Positions 29,565 through 39,745 of a stretch of DNA of 64,000 nt are shown here, piece by piece. The position numbers and the translations under genes are program-made. A model generated the notes under the pieces. The model was given only the letters and a program-made list of their open reading frames with translations, made no database searches and was not told the origin of the DNA. Each line of letters opens with the position of its first letter. The first letter of the stretch is position 1. The stretch is from Ruminiclostridium sp. (GTDB taxonomy: Bacteria > Bacillota > Clostridia > Oscillospirales > Ruminococcaceae), in NCBI GenBank assembly GCA_045602405.1, contig JAZSBN010000052.1:6193-70192 (forward strand), written 5' to 3'.

Positions 29565-30248
29565 ATGGAAAAGATTTATACAGGTAAGACCAAGGACGTC
29601 TTCAAGCTTGATAACGGCAACGTTATGCTCAAGTTCAAGGATGACTGTACAGGTAAGGACGGCGTTTTCGATCCCGGCGAAAACTCGGTAGGACTTACTA
29701 TCGACGGTATCGGTAAAGCTAACTTAAAGACCTCCATCTACTACTTCGAGCTCCTTAAGAAGGCAGGCATCAAGACTCACTATGTAAGCGCTGACGTTGA
29801 AAACGCTACTATGGAAGTTCTTCCCGGAAAGGTATTCGGCCACGGTCTCGAGGTTATCTGCCGTTTAGTTGCGACAGGAAGCTTTATCCGCAGATACGGC
29901 GAATACATCAAGGATGGCACAGTTCTTGAAGGCGGTTACGTTGAATGTACATTCAAGAACGACGAAAAGGGCGATCCCCTCGTAACAAGCGAAGGTCTTG
30001 CTGCTTTAGGTGTTATGTCCGAAGAAATGTTCGAGAGCATGAAGGAACAGACCTTAAAGATCACAAAGATCGTTGCTGACGACCTTAAGACAATCGGTCT
30101 CGACTTATGGGATATCAAGTTTGAATTCGGCTACAACAATGACGAGGTTATCCTTATCGATGAAATTGCTTCCGGTAATATGCGTGTATACAAGGACGGA
30201 AAGATCGTAAACCCCGTAGACCTCACAAAGCTTATTCTTGAAAGATAA
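29565..30248 (+). CDS. purC: SAICAR synthetase
   Basis: GKTKDV, LEVICR, DIKFEFG, LIDEI. Confidence 0.93.
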   Translation: MEKIYTGKTKDVFKLDNGNVMLKFKDDCTGKDGVFDPGENSVGLTIDGIGKANLKTSIYYFELLKKAGIKTHYVSADVENATMEVLPGKVFGHGLEVICRLVATGSFIRRYGEYIKDGTVLEGGYVECTFKNDEKGDPLVTSEGLAALGVMSEEMFESMKEQTLKITKIVADDLKTIGLDLWDIKFEFGYNNDEVILIDEIASGNMRVYKDGKIVNPVDLTKLILER

Positions 30249-30259
30249 ATTATATAAAA

Positions 30260-30285
30260 ACGCCGTCGTAACGACGGCGTGTTTT
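30260..30285 (+). terminator. Terminator after purC
   Basis: ACGCCGTCGT/ACGACGGCGT followed by GTTTT. Confidence 0.75.
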
Positions 30286-30386
30286 CTATGCACACTTCGC
30301 CAAATCAGCACGCTGTACTGTTGACAATTTTCTCAAAAAATGATAAAATGATAGAATAGATATTTATATTTTACGGAGAAAAAAAT

Positions 30387-32078
30387 ATGAAGAATAAATT
30401 AGCGAGCAAAATATTCAGGGATTTTTTCAATGATATCGAAAGAATTGAGCTTAAAATGAAGGATCTTGCCGAGCTTATAACCGAGAAAATTCCTGCCATA
30501 GCGGAAGAGGTAGCTATCGGAAGGCTTATCAGTCATTTCTACGCACCGCCTATGTTTACAGAAGAAGATAACCAGAACGTGTCCATAGAGTTCTATGCAA
30601 GCAAGGAAGGTCACGGAGCCGAAGCCCTCAACTATGAATATCTTACAGCCGAAGGCGGTAAGGTGTGCTTTTCTGTCTATCCCTTACCGGACCATGTATG
30701 GGATGAAGAGGATAAAGAAGAAATCCAGTTTTTATGCAGGAATTTATACATAATCTGCGGAAGGGCAAAGCTTCTCGCAGTAATAAAAAATTCTGTTACA
30801 AGAGACGGATATACGGGACTTCCCAATGCAGGCGGCTTCATACGAATGGGCAGCCGTCTCAGGGCGGAAGGAAAGCTCTGTAATTATACAGCGATGTATG
30901 TAAACCTTAAGAATTTCAAGTGTATAAACAGTCAGTTCGGAAATAAATCAGGCGATAAGGTTATAAGGGAATATGCCGATATCGTGAGACAGCTTGTCAA
31001 TAAGGACGAAATGGTAGCTCGTCTCGGCGGTGATAATTTTACCTTACTCGTAAAAAAAGAACACAGGGAAGAGATAATCAGATTCCTTTCAGATGTAAAA
31101 GTAACGCTTCACAGCGAATTCGGCGACCGTGTTATCAGCGTTCCTTCAAGAATAGGAGTTTATGATATAAAAGAAAAAGACCACATGCCTGTGGTCATGA
31201 ACTATATTTCTGCCGCTATAAGCTCCGCAAAGCATAGTCCTACGAAAAATGTAATCGAATTCAATCAGGAAATCATGCAGAGGCTCACAAGTCAGCAGCA
31301 GGTTACAGCAGACTTTCCCGACGCAATCAAAAACCGTGAATTTATTGTATACTACCAGCCTAAGGTCGATCTGAAAACAAATGAAATGTGCGGCTGTGAG
31401 GCTCTTGTACGCTGGAACAAGGACGGAAGAATTATTCCTCCGGGAGAGTTTATCTCCGTACTTGAACAGGACGGAAGCATCTGTACTCTTGATTTCTATA
31501 TGCTTGACAGCGTCTGTCAGGATATAAAAAGATGGAAGGAACAGGGGCTTGAGCCTGTAACTGTTTCAGTCAACTTCTCAAAGATTCATCTCCATAACCC
31601 CAATATAGCGGATGATATCCTCGGAATAATAAATAAATACGAAATCGAAAACCGTTATATCGAAATCGAGCTTACCGAAATGTCAGATTATAATGACTAT
31701 GACGCCTTCAAGAAACTTGTTACTAAAATGAAGGACAGCGGAGTAATGACCTCTATCGACGATTTCGGTACAGGCTATTCCTCCCTCAATCTCCTTACAG
31801 ATTTCATGTTCGACATAGTAAAGCTCGATAAATCCTTTATCGATAATATCATAAAGAACAACAGTGCTACTGATGAAATTGTTGTCCGTAACATTGTCAA
31901 TATGCTTAAGGAGCTTGATATGAAGGCGATTGCAGAAGGCGTGGAAACTACTGAACAGGCCCGCTTCCTTAAGGATATCGACTGTAATGTAGTACAGGGC
32001 TTCCTTTACGATAAGCCTCTTCCGCCCGAGGAATTCGAAAAGCGTCTTGCTGCAAGAAAATACAATCACAACATTTAA
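30387..32078 (+). CDS. GGDEF-EAL protein, likely c-di-GMP phosphodiesterase
   Basis: TGLPN, RLGGDNF, YQPK, EALVRW, DDFGTGYSSL, AEGVET. Confidence 0.9.
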   Translation: MKNKLASKIFRDFFNDIERIELKMKDLAELITEKIPAIAEEVAIGRLISHFYAPPMFTEEDNQNVSIEFYASKEGHGAEALNYEYLTAEGGKVCFSVYPLPDHVWDEEDKEEIQFLCRNLYIICGRAKLLAVIKNSVTRDGYTGLPNAGGFIRMGSRLRAEGKLCNYTAMYVNLKNFKCINSQFGNKSGDKVIREYADIVRQLVNKDEMVARLGGDNFTLLVKKEHREEIIRFLSDVKVTLHSEFGDRVISVPSRIGVYDIKEKDHMPVVMNYISAAISSAKHSPTKNVIEFNQEIMQRLTSQQQVTADFPDAIKNREFIVYYQPKVDLKTNEMCGCEALVRWNKDGRIIPPGEFISVLEQDGSICTLDFYMLDSVCQDIKRWKEQGLEPVTVSVNFSKIHLHNPNIADDILGIINKYEIENRYIEIELTEMSDYNDYDAFKKLVTKMKDSGVMTSIDDFGTGYSSLNLLTDFMFDIVKLDKSFIDNIIKNNSATDEIVVRNIVNMLKELDMKAIAEGVETTEQARFLKDIDCNVVQGFLYDKPLPPEEFEKRLAARKYNHNI

Positions 32079-32091
32079 CTCTATAAATAAC

Positions 32092-32120
32092 AAAACAGCC
32101 TGTGCAAAACAGGCTGTTTT
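32092..32120. terminator. Bidirectional terminator
   Basis: 12-bp inverted repeat with A/T tails. Confidence 0.8.
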
Positions 32121-32128
32121 CTTTTGCA

Positions 32129-33103
32129 TTATTCGCTGTAAATCCTTGTAATAATCATATCCATGGGAAGCTCCTTTACGGAAATATCCGTGAAATCAAC
32201 ACTGCTGCTCAGGGATTTAAGAAAATCGTTTATACTCTCCTTTTCGGTATCCACCTCAAGAGAAATATCAAGTCCGTTTTCCTCTCTGATTACCTTTACA
32301 CCCTCTATCTCGTCGCCTTCATAGGGCTTAGCGAGAGTAAGGGTTACAAGCTTTTTACTTCCGAGAGTATTTTTAAGGCTCGTAAGAGTATCGTCGAATA
32401 CCTTTTTACCGTGATTTATTATGATTACGTTGTGGGCAAGCTGTTCCACGTCCTCAAGGTCGTGGGTCGTCAGAATAAAGGTAGTCCCCTTTCGGTTCAT
32501 TTCAGCCACAACCTCGCGGATCTTGTTCTTGGCGATAACGTCAAGACCTATCGTGGGCTCGTCAAGAAAAACTATCTCGGGCTCATGAAGCATTGCCATA
32601 ATAAATTCACACTTCATTCTTTCCCCTAAGGAAAGTACTCGTGTAGGCTTATGGATTACCTCCGCCACATCGAAAAGCTCGGTCATTTCGCTGAGACGCC
32701 TGTCATAATCCTCGTCGGATATACCGTAGATAGCCTTATTCATAGCGAAGCTGTCAACGGGCGGAATATCCCAGATAAGCTGCGACTTCTGACCGAATAC
32801 CGCTCCTATCTTACGGACGTACTTTATTCTGTCCCGTGCAGGAGAATACCCCATAACGTCGATACTGCCGCTTGTGGGATAGAGCGCACCGCAGAGCATT
32901 TTTATCGCCGTGGATTTTCCTGCTCCGTTAGGGCCGAGTATTCCGCAGACGGTTCCCCTTTCTATTTCAAAGGAAATACCGTCGACAGCGTTTATTTTCA
33001 CCTTTTCACGCTTGAAGAAGCTTTTTATCGTTTCCTTAAAGCCGCTTCCTCTTTTATAGGTAGTATAGGATTTAACGAGATTTTCTACTTTTATTGCGTT
33101 CAT
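32129..33103 (-). CDS. ABC exporter ATP-binding subunit
   Basis: GPNGAGKST, LSLGERMK, FLDEPT, TTH. Confidence 0.93.
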   Translation of the reverse strand: MNAIKVENLVKSYTTYKRGSGFKETIKSFFKREKVKINAVDGISFEIERGTVCGILGPNGAGKSTAIKMLCGALYPTSGSIDVMGYSPARDRIKYVRKIGAVFGQKSQLIWDIPPVDSFAMNKAIYGISDEDYDRRLSEMTELFDVAEVIHKPTRVLSLGERMKCEFIMAMLHEPEIVFLDEPTIGLDVIAKNKIREVVAEMNRKGTTFILTTHDLEDVEQLAHNVIIINHGKKVFDDTLTSLKNTLGSKKLVTLTLAKPYEGDEIEGVKVIREENGLDISLEVDTEKESINDFLKSLSSSVDFTDISVKELPMDMIITRIYSE

Positions 33104-33104
33104 T

Positions 33105-33884
33105 TTATCCTCCCACCCCTTCGTATATTTTTATCATGCGGTTATAGAGCCATATTCCGAAAATAAGAAACAGTATACAGGGTATAACCGATATAAGAGC
33201 CATAGGCTGGAGCCTTCCGAGAAGTGCCGAGGCAGGAAAAAAGCCTACCACCGCTACGGGAATTATAATGGCGGAAAGTATCTGTACGCTTTTCGGGAAG
33301 ATAGCGAGAGGATATTTTCCGAATTCCTTTATACTGCCGAAAATTTCGGGTATTCTCGAATTACCAACCCATTTGAAGCTTATCGCCGCCATTATGAGAT
33401 CAAGTCCGCCCATTACCGCTATTCCCGAAATAAACAGGAGCAGGAAAAGAGGGATACCCTCTCCCGTAGATACTCCTGCCTGAAGGGCGGAAATAATCGT
33501 CATAACGAGAGAGCCGAGAAATAAACCGATACTCTCTGTGCTGAAATTTCCTGCAGTAATAAAAAACAGAGGCGAAAGAGGCTTAAGTAGTATCGTTTCA
33601 AAGCTTCCTGCCTGAATATTCTCCATAGTTACCCAGAGAATACTTCCGCTTACCATTGACGAAACCGCACCCGACATGGAAAATACCGACTGTATCAGCA
33701 GTACCTCCCACATACTCCATTCGGGAAAGGAGGCTCCGTTAGCGTAAATCAGCACCGTCACCAGCGGAAAAATTATATTTGACAGAAGAGTTATCAGGTT
33801 GCCGAGAATAAAATCCACACGGTAGGCCGCCACACAGGAAAAAGAAGTACGAAGGCAGGTAAGATATATTTTTATGTATTTCAT
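33105..33884 (-). CDS. ABC-2 family permease (DUF990-like)
   Basis: Multi-TM; LLKPLSP and KYPLAIFP patterns; operon context. Confidence 0.85.
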   Translation of the reverse strand: MKYIKIYLTCLRTSFSCVAAYRVDFILGNLITLLSNIIFPLVTVLIYANGASFPEWSMWEVLLIQSVFSMSGAVSSMVSGSILWVTMENIQAGSFETILLKPLSPLFFITAGNFSTESIGLFLGSLVMTIISALQAGVSTGEGIPLFLLLFISGIAVMGGLDLIMAAISFKWVGNSRIPEIFGSIKEFGKYPLAIFPKSVQILSAIIIPVAVVGFFPASALLGRLQPMALISVIPCILFLIFGIWLYNRMIKIYEGVGG

Positions 33885-33886
33885 GC

Positions 33887-34705
33887 TTATGCCCCCACTG
33901 CTGTAAATTTCTTGATTGAAAGGCGGTATATTATTTCGCTGAGAAGGGCTGTGACCGCCACGGCTATCCCCTGACAGAGCACCGCTTCGGGTATCGTAAG
34001 CCCGAGAGAGCCGATAGAATTGCTTCCCGTCCAGACCATTGCAGGAATGTAATTGGTGTACTGGAAGGGCAGAAACATCATTATCCGCTGAATTATATCG
34101 GGAAAGAAGCTGAGGGGTATTAGCGCACCAGCGAAAATGCTGTCGATAAGCTGATACACTACCCTTATACCGTTAGCACGGACAAAATAGAAGGCGGTCA
34201 TTCCGAGGCAGTAATTCACATAGAAATTCATAAGGAATGCCAGAGCGACCGATAGTATCGTCCAGCCGATTTCACGGGGGATAATATCTATCCTGAAAAG
34301 AAACAGGAATATCAGAAAACAGGGCAGAAATTCAAAGAAAAAACCGAGAACTCTGTGACCCAGCTTCTGTGACAGGGCGAAAAACCTGTGATGAACAGGG
34401 CGAAGAGTAAAGGTAAGGAATTTTCCCGTTCTTACAAGCATCTGTAAATTCCAGTCGGCAAAATCCATTGTAAGATAGCCGATAAGAGCCGATACTCCGA
34501 AGTAGCGGATAGTTTCCGTAAGCTCCATTCCCCCGAGATTTCCGCTTCCGCCGTAAACCGCTGTCCAGATGAAATACTGCACGATAAAGTACACGGGGCC
34601 TACAAAAACCGAAACGAGGGAATGGGTACGGTAAGCACTCCATTCCTTGTATGTGACGAAGGCTACCGCCTTGCATACCTGAAGCTTATGCTTTATATAG
34701 TTCAT
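33887..34705 (-). CDS. ABC-2 family permease
   Basis: Multi-TM; LRPV, GALIPLSFFP, LPFQ. Confidence 0.85.
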   Translation of the reverse strand: MNYIKHKLQVCKAVAFVTYKEWSAYRTHSLVSVFVGPVYFIVQYFIWTAVYGGSGNLGGMELTETIRYFGVSALIGYLTMDFADWNLQMLVRTGKFLTFTLRPVHHRFFALSQKLGHRVLGFFFEFLPCFLIFLFLFRIDIIPREIGWTILSVALAFLMNFYVNYCLGMTAFYFVRANGIRVVYQLIDSIFAGALIPLSFFPDIIQRIMMFLPFQYTNYIPAMVWTGSNSIGSLGLTIPEAVLCQGIAVAVTALLSEIIYRLSIKKFTAVGA

Positions 34706-35898
34706 CAGATAAGTCCTGACCAGATAATGTTCTGTACGTTATAAAGAGGCTCGGGAGACCAACCGTTTGCACCCACGTCAAAAGGCACGAACCACGCCGC
34801 AACAAGCCCTTCCTCAAGGTCGATATCCAGAGAGGAGGCTCCTGCACCCTCATGCATGATAGTCCTGTCGGAATAGCTGTAATCGAGGCCATGGCGGATA
34901 TCGAAGCCTATACCGTAAAGACGGTTGGGCTCGTTGGCATTCCAGCAGTAATCGGGCACTCCGTGAAGCTGGACGGTACTCATCTTTTCTACGGATTTAC
35001 GTCCGAGAATTCTTGCTCCCTCAAGCCTTCCGCCGTTTACATAAGCGTTTCCGAAGCGTACAAGGTCATAAACGGTGGAGCAGATGCCGCCGCCTGTGTT
35101 GGGTATCTTATCCCATACGCTTCCGTCGCCCTCACGGCCGCTTATTTCGCCTGATGCGATTTTATCGAGCCATTCCTTATGCTCAGCGTCATGATAGAAG
35201 TAACGCTTTGCCATTTCGGGAGTAATAGAAAAGCCTGTGTCGGTCATTCTGAGAGGCTTGATAATCTTCTGCTCGATATAATCGTGAACATCCATACCGC
35301 TTACTCTCGAAACTACCTCGCCGAGAATCGTAAAGCCGAAGGAAGAATACATCCATTCCTTTCCCACAGGGCGGCGAAGTCCCGAAGAGAGAGCGTGAGC
35401 TACCCAGTCAAATTCGCTTTTTCCGTCCCATTTTTCCGCCGCTTCTTCTATAAAGTCCCACTGACATTTTACAGTAGACTCATTGAAACAGCCGCCGTCG
35501 GGATACATTCCCGAGGTATGAGTAAGAAGATGCCACAGGGTAATATCATTGAAGGGCTTCTCCTTAAAGCAGGGGATAATATCACCAACATAGGTATTGA
35601 GACGGATATAGCCGTCCTCTATAAGCTGCATTATCGCTGTAGCGGTAAAGGTTTTGGTAATTGAAGCTATTCCGAAAACCGTGTCGGGCTTCATGGCTTC
35701 TTCAAAATTCATTGCGTTGTTTCTTCCGACAGCACCGTGGGCTATAACCCTTCCCTTGTGGGAAATGCAGTAGCTTGCACCATGGATGATTTTCTTCTCA
35801 ATCATCTCACCGAAACGCTTATTGAGCATTTCTACCCTGCTTTCGTCATAGCCTGTCTCAGCAGGACTGCAGTCGGTCTTACCATTGATTACGTTCAT
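34705..35898 (-). CDS. Serine hydrolase, beta-lactamase class C/PBP-like; no signal peptide
   Basis: ASITK (SxxK), LLTHTSG, YSS, GGGICST, HEGAG. Confidence 0.9.
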   Translation of the reverse strand: MNVINGKTDCSPAETGYDESRVEMLNKRFGEMIEKKIIHGASYCISHKGRVIAHGAVGRNNAMNFEEAMKPDTVFGIASITKTFTATAIMQLIEDGYIRLNTYVGDIIPCFKEKPFNDITLWHLLTHTSGMYPDGGCFNESTVKCQWDFIEEAAEKWDGKSEFDWVAHALSSGLRRPVGKEWMYSSFGFTILGEVVSRVSGMDVHDYIEQKIIKPLRMTDTGFSITPEMAKRYFYHDAEHKEWLDKIASGEISGREGDGSVWDKIPNTGGGICSTVYDLVRFGNAYVNGGRLEGARILGRKSVEKMSTVQLHGVPDYCWNANEPNRLYGIGFDIRHGLDYSYSDRTIMHEGAGASSLDIDLEEGLVAAWFVPFDVGANGWSPEPLYNVQNIIWSGLI

Positions 35899-35955
35899 AA
35901 ATTTTCCTCCTTTTTGTTTTTGCTTATTCGTGTTACGGCGGAGAGGTTGTCGCCA

Positions 35956-35996
35956 TAAAATAAAAAGCGTGCATTTCTCACGGGAAACGCACGCTT
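35956..35996 (-). terminator. Attenuator terminator upstream of the serine hydrolase
   Basis: AAGCGUGCGUUUC/GAAAUGCACGCUU stem with one G.U pair, then UUUAUUUUAU. Confidence 0.85.
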
Positions 35997-36006
35997 ACAC
36001 GCTTAT

Positions 36007-36096
36007 TCAGATAATCTCACGTCCGAGAGGCGTCAGATTCTTGTTTTCCGATGAAAATGATGTTATTAAGCTTATAGTAACGGTATGCTTTAACAT
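36007..36096 (-). CDS. 29-aa leader peptide MLKHTVTISLITSFSSENKNLTPLGREII (absent from ORF track)
   Basis: AAAGGAGG 9 nt upstream of ATG; lies between promoter and terminator. Confidence 0.7.
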   Translation of the reverse strand: MLKHTVTISLITSFSSENKNLTPLGREII

Positions 36097-36131
36097 ATTC
36101 TTCTGCCTCCTTTCTGTAAAATTATGGATTC

Positions 36132-36160
36132 AGTATAACACCATTTTCTCAATTTGTCAA
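36132..36160 (-). promoter_or_regulatory. Sigma-A promoter of the leader/serine hydrolase/ABC operon
   Basis: TTGACA-N17-TATACT with TG extension. Confidence 0.8.
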
Positions 36161-36198
36161 GCTGCCGCAGTATTTTTCAATCCTGCCCTTAAAAAGTC

Positions 36199-36225
36199 AA
36201 TCCCACAGCCTGTAGCTGTGGGATT
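36199..36225 (-). terminator. Terminator after the membrane EAL gene
   Basis: 11-bp inverted repeat AATCCCACAGC/GCTGTGGGATT. Confidence 0.7.
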
Positions 36226-36233
36226 AGTTGCTT

Positions 36234-38540
36234 TTATTCTGCAGTTACCTTGCTCTGAGCCTTCTGCTTACGGTAAAGCTCTTCGAAATCGCTTACGCTC
36301 ATAGGCTTAGCGAAATAGTAGCCCTGGAACATATCACAGCCCATTTCTGTAAGGAAGCGTACCTGCTCCTCGGTTTCAACGCCCTCGGTTATAACGGGCA
36401 TTTCAAGCTGTTTCGAGAGTCCGATAATCATCTGAAGAATCTTCTTGCTTCGCTCCTCGTCCTCGGCCTTTCTGAGGAATGCCATATCAATCTTAAGTAC
36501 GTCAACATGAATATCCTTAAGCATATTGAGGGAGGAATAACCGCTTCCGAAGTCGTCCATTTCAACGATAAAGCCGTTCTGGCGAAGTCTTGAAATAAGC
36601 TCAAGCTGACGGTTAAAGTCCATAACGATAGCGGTTTCGGTGATTTCAAGCTTAATACTGGAGGGGTCTATATCGTACTTTTTGACCATATCCGTAAAAA
36701 TCTGATAGATATTCAGGAAGTAGAAGTCTCTCGGCGATATGTTTACAGAAATGTATACGTCATTGATTCCCGCGTCCTTCCACTTTTTAAGCTGCTTGCA
36801 GGCCAGCTCCCAGATATACTTGTCAACCTCGGAAATAAGTCCGTTCTTTTCAAATACAGGAATAAACTCGCCGGGCAGTATCTGTCCCTTTTCGGGATGG
36901 AGCCAGCGGATAAGAGCCTCGGCTCCGAGAAGCTTTCCGTCACAGGACATCTGAGGCTGGAGGTACATTTTAAGCTGTTCCTCACAGATAGCCGCACCAA
37001 GCTCGGTAATAAGCTCCTGCTCATGGCGGATATTTTCTCTGAGAGCCTCGTCGTAATAAGCAACACGCTTGTGATAATCGCCCTTTATTGAGCCTATGGC
37101 GAGCCTTGCTCGGTCGCACATTACTGTTACGGGAAGATTACGGTCGGTAATCTCATACACACCCAGATAGTTCATCATGGGGAAAACAACTGTCTTATTC
37201 ATGCAGTAGGAGAAGGCGGTCTGGGACTCCTCAAGAAACAGCTTTTCATCAAAGCTTTCCTTGTTCATAAGCACACCGAAGATATCGTTTCCTATACGTC
37301 CGCTTATAAGTGCACCGCTTATGCGATTCTTAAGCATATCCGCAAAGCTTATAAGAACACAGTCGCCTACGGTTGTACCGAAAAAGTCGTTTACCATCTT
37401 GAAATCCTTGATGTCGGAGCAAATAAGTATAAGCTGTTCATCAGGGAATCTTTCTATATATTTCTTCACCTTTTCACAGAAATACGCCTTGTTGTATATT
37501 CCTGTAAGGGGGTCGTGGGTTGCGAGATATCTTTCCTTTTTCTGCTTGTTGTACTCCTCTGTGCAGTCCTGCATTACAAAGTAACCGCCCTGAAGAAGCT
37601 TTCTGTCGTCAATCATTCGCTGAAGCTGAATCTTCAGGATAAATTCATCCTCGTCACGGAAGAAATGGCGGTTCACCGTAAATTCATTATTCTGGTTAAG
37701 ATAGCTGTTCTTACACCATTCATGGAGAGTTTTTCCCTCGGCGTCAACGAGAGGTCTTTCCTTGTCGAAAAGCTCCTCGGCGAAGCTGTTGCTGTAAAGG
37801 TCGGAGCCTTCGGCGTCAACAACGAAAATACCAACCGACATATCTCGGGATACCTTGAAGAGCGTGGTGGAAAGAAGCCGCTGAGGGGTATAGACAAAGG
37901 CACAGTAATAAATACACGCACCCTCCGCAACAAAGCCCAGTACGGAAAAGTCAAAGGGGAAAAAGATACAGAAGGCGTTGAAGCTTGCGAGAACCATAAG
38001 AAGAATTGCTACCATAAGATACTTCTTACGGTAAAATACGGGAGCGTGATAGCTTCTGTAAATAAGGCTTATAAAACAGAATACCGCAATCATCGCAATT
38101 ATTGCATAATGGATGAAGAAGAACGGAGTAATCTCAATCATGTAATAGGTCTCACCGAGAAATTCCGTTGCCTTGATAGAAAACTGATGTCGGAAAATGC
38201 TGTTGAATAAAAGAGAAATACAATCCGCACAAAGCAACAGCCTCATTGCATTTACTTTAACATATTTAGCGAAGGCTTCGCCTATGTATTCCACAGAGAA
38301 GCGGAAAAGATAGTAAAGCATCCAGTCGGCGGCGACAAAGTACAAGCTATAGGAAATGAGGCTTACAAGCTCATAGTTGGTAAAAAGTATTACCGTATTG
38401 ACGAGCAGTATCGCATATCCCATACAAAGTAATTTACGGACAGTCTTTGCAAGCCTATGCTTTTCCTTGCTTGTTTTCAAGACAAAGAACATCATCATAA
38501 CCTGCCCCAATAAAAGTAATGTTCCTATTAAAATCTTCAT
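36234..38540 (-). CDS. Multi-TM (HisKA_7TM-like) degenerate-GGDEF/EAL protein
   Basis: About 7 N-terminal TM helices, HDPLTG, RIGNDIF, EALIRW, DDFGSGYSSL. Confidence 0.88.
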   Translation of the reverse strand: MKILIGTLLLLGQVMMMFFVLKTSKEKHRLAKTVRKLLCMGYAILLVNTVILFTNYELVSLISYSLYFVAADWMLYYLFRFSVEYIGEAFAKYVKVNAMRLLLCADCISLLFNSIFRHQFSIKATEFLGETYYMIEITPFFFIHYAIIAMIAVFCFISLIYRSYHAPVFYRKKYLMVAILLMVLASFNAFCIFFPFDFSVLGFVAEGACIYYCAFVYTPQRLLSTTLFKVSRDMSVGIFVVDAEGSDLYSNSFAEELFDKERPLVDAEGKTLHEWCKNSYLNQNNEFTVNRHFFRDEDEFILKIQLQRMIDDRKLLQGGYFVMQDCTEEYNKQKKERYLATHDPLTGIYNKAYFCEKVKKYIERFPDEQLILICSDIKDFKMVNDFFGTTVGDCVLISFADMLKNRISGALISGRIGNDIFGVLMNKESFDEKLFLEESQTAFSYCMNKTVVFPMMNYLGVYEITDRNLPVTVMCDRARLAIGSIKGDYHKRVAYYDEALRENIRHEQELITELGAAICEEQLKMYLQPQMSCDGKLLGAEALIRWLHPEKGQILPGEFIPVFEKNGLISEVDKYIWELACKQLKKWKDAGINDVYISVNISPRDFYFLNIYQIFTDMVKKYDIDPSSIKLEITETAIVMDFNRQLELISRLRQNGFIVEMDDFGSGYSSLNMLKDIHVDVLKIDMAFLRKAEDEERSKKILQMIIGLSKQLEMPVITEGVETEEQVRFLTEMGCDMFQGYYFAKPMSVSDFEELYRKQKAQSKVTAE

Positions 38541-38788
38541 TAAATCACCATAAACTTTATTTATAAATGTCTATTCAGCAGCATTATTTATAATGCAAAC
38601 GATACTTTATTACATACATTTTAGCATAATTTGACAAATATGTCAATAGTTTATCCCGTATGGTAACATTTTTAATGAATTTCAACAACTTATAATGTCG
38701 AGTTATGTAATTATATTACAGAAAGTTCTTAAGGAACAGGACATAAGCACCTCAGAAAATGCAATAATAACCAAATGGAGGTGTTTTT

Positions 38789-39745
38789 ATGTGTACAAGT
38801 ATAGCCATAAGAAAGAGCGGCTTCTGCTTCGGGAGAAATATGGATATAGACTATTCCTTCAATGAACAGGTTGTTGTTGCTCCTCGGAATTTCCCCCTCA
38901 TATTCAAAAAAATTCCGCTTCTTTCCCACCATTACGCCTTTATCGGAACAGCCGCAGTCAGGAACAGCATTCCCCTTTATGCAGAGGGAATGAACGAAAA
39001 GGGGCTTTGTATTGCCGCTCTTAAGTTTCCTGACAACGCTTTTTACCTCGAGAAAAGTAATCCCGAAAAGAATGCGGCGGCTCCCTACGAAATTATTCCC
39101 CTTATTCTCGGGAAATGCAGTTTCGTAAAGGAAGCCGCCGAGCTTCTTTCTGTAACTGATATAATAAATGAGCCTTTCGACAGCGATACTCCCCTTTCTC
39201 CCCTTCACTGGCATATTTCAGATAAGGAGAGCTCAATAACCGTAGAGCACACTCGCGAGGGCATGAAAATATACGATAATCCTTATGATATTCTTACAAA
39301 TAATCCGCCCTTTCCCTTTCATCGGGAAAATCTTTCGCTTTATCTGGGACTTACTGCCGCTCAGCCTGAAGCACAGAAGGAGCTGAAGCCTTTCGGACTG
39401 GGCTTCGGGGCAGTAGGCCTGCCCGGAGACTTTTCTCCTGCATCAAGATTTGTAAGGGGAAGCTTCCTGCTTAAAAATTCCCCGAGCGGTATAAATCCCG
39501 TAACACAGCTTTTCCATATTCTCGAGGGCGTTTCTATTCCGAAAGGAGCGGTAATAACCCCCGATGCAAAATTCCACTATACTACCTATACCTGCTGTAT
39601 GGAGGCGAAAACTCTTACCTATTATTATAAGACCTACCGAAGCGGAAGTATATGTGCAGTAAAAATGACAGAGAAAACGATGGAACGGAATGAGCTTATA
39701 CGCTTTCCTCAGATTAACGAACAGAAATTTATACTTCAGAACTGA
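38789..39745 (+). CDS. Choloylglycine hydrolase/penicillin V acylase family Ntn-hydrolase
   Basis: N-terminal MCT, GRNMD, MNEKGL, LTNNP, LPGDFSPASRF. Confidence 0.9.
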   Translation: MCTSIAIRKSGFCFGRNMDIDYSFNEQVVVAPRNFPLIFKKIPLLSHHYAFIGTAAVRNSIPLYAEGMNEKGLCIAALKFPDNAFYLEKSNPEKNAAAPYEIIPLILGKCSFVKEAAELLSVTDIINEPFDSDTPLSPLHWHISDKESSITVEHTREGMKIYDNPYDILTNNPPFPFHRENLSLYLGLTAAQPEAQKELKPFGLGFGAVGLPGDFSPASRFVRGSFLLKNSPSGINPVTQLFHILEGVSIPKGAVITPDAKFHYTTYTCCMEAKTLTYYYKTYRSGSICAVKMTEKTMERNELIRFPQINEQKFILQN

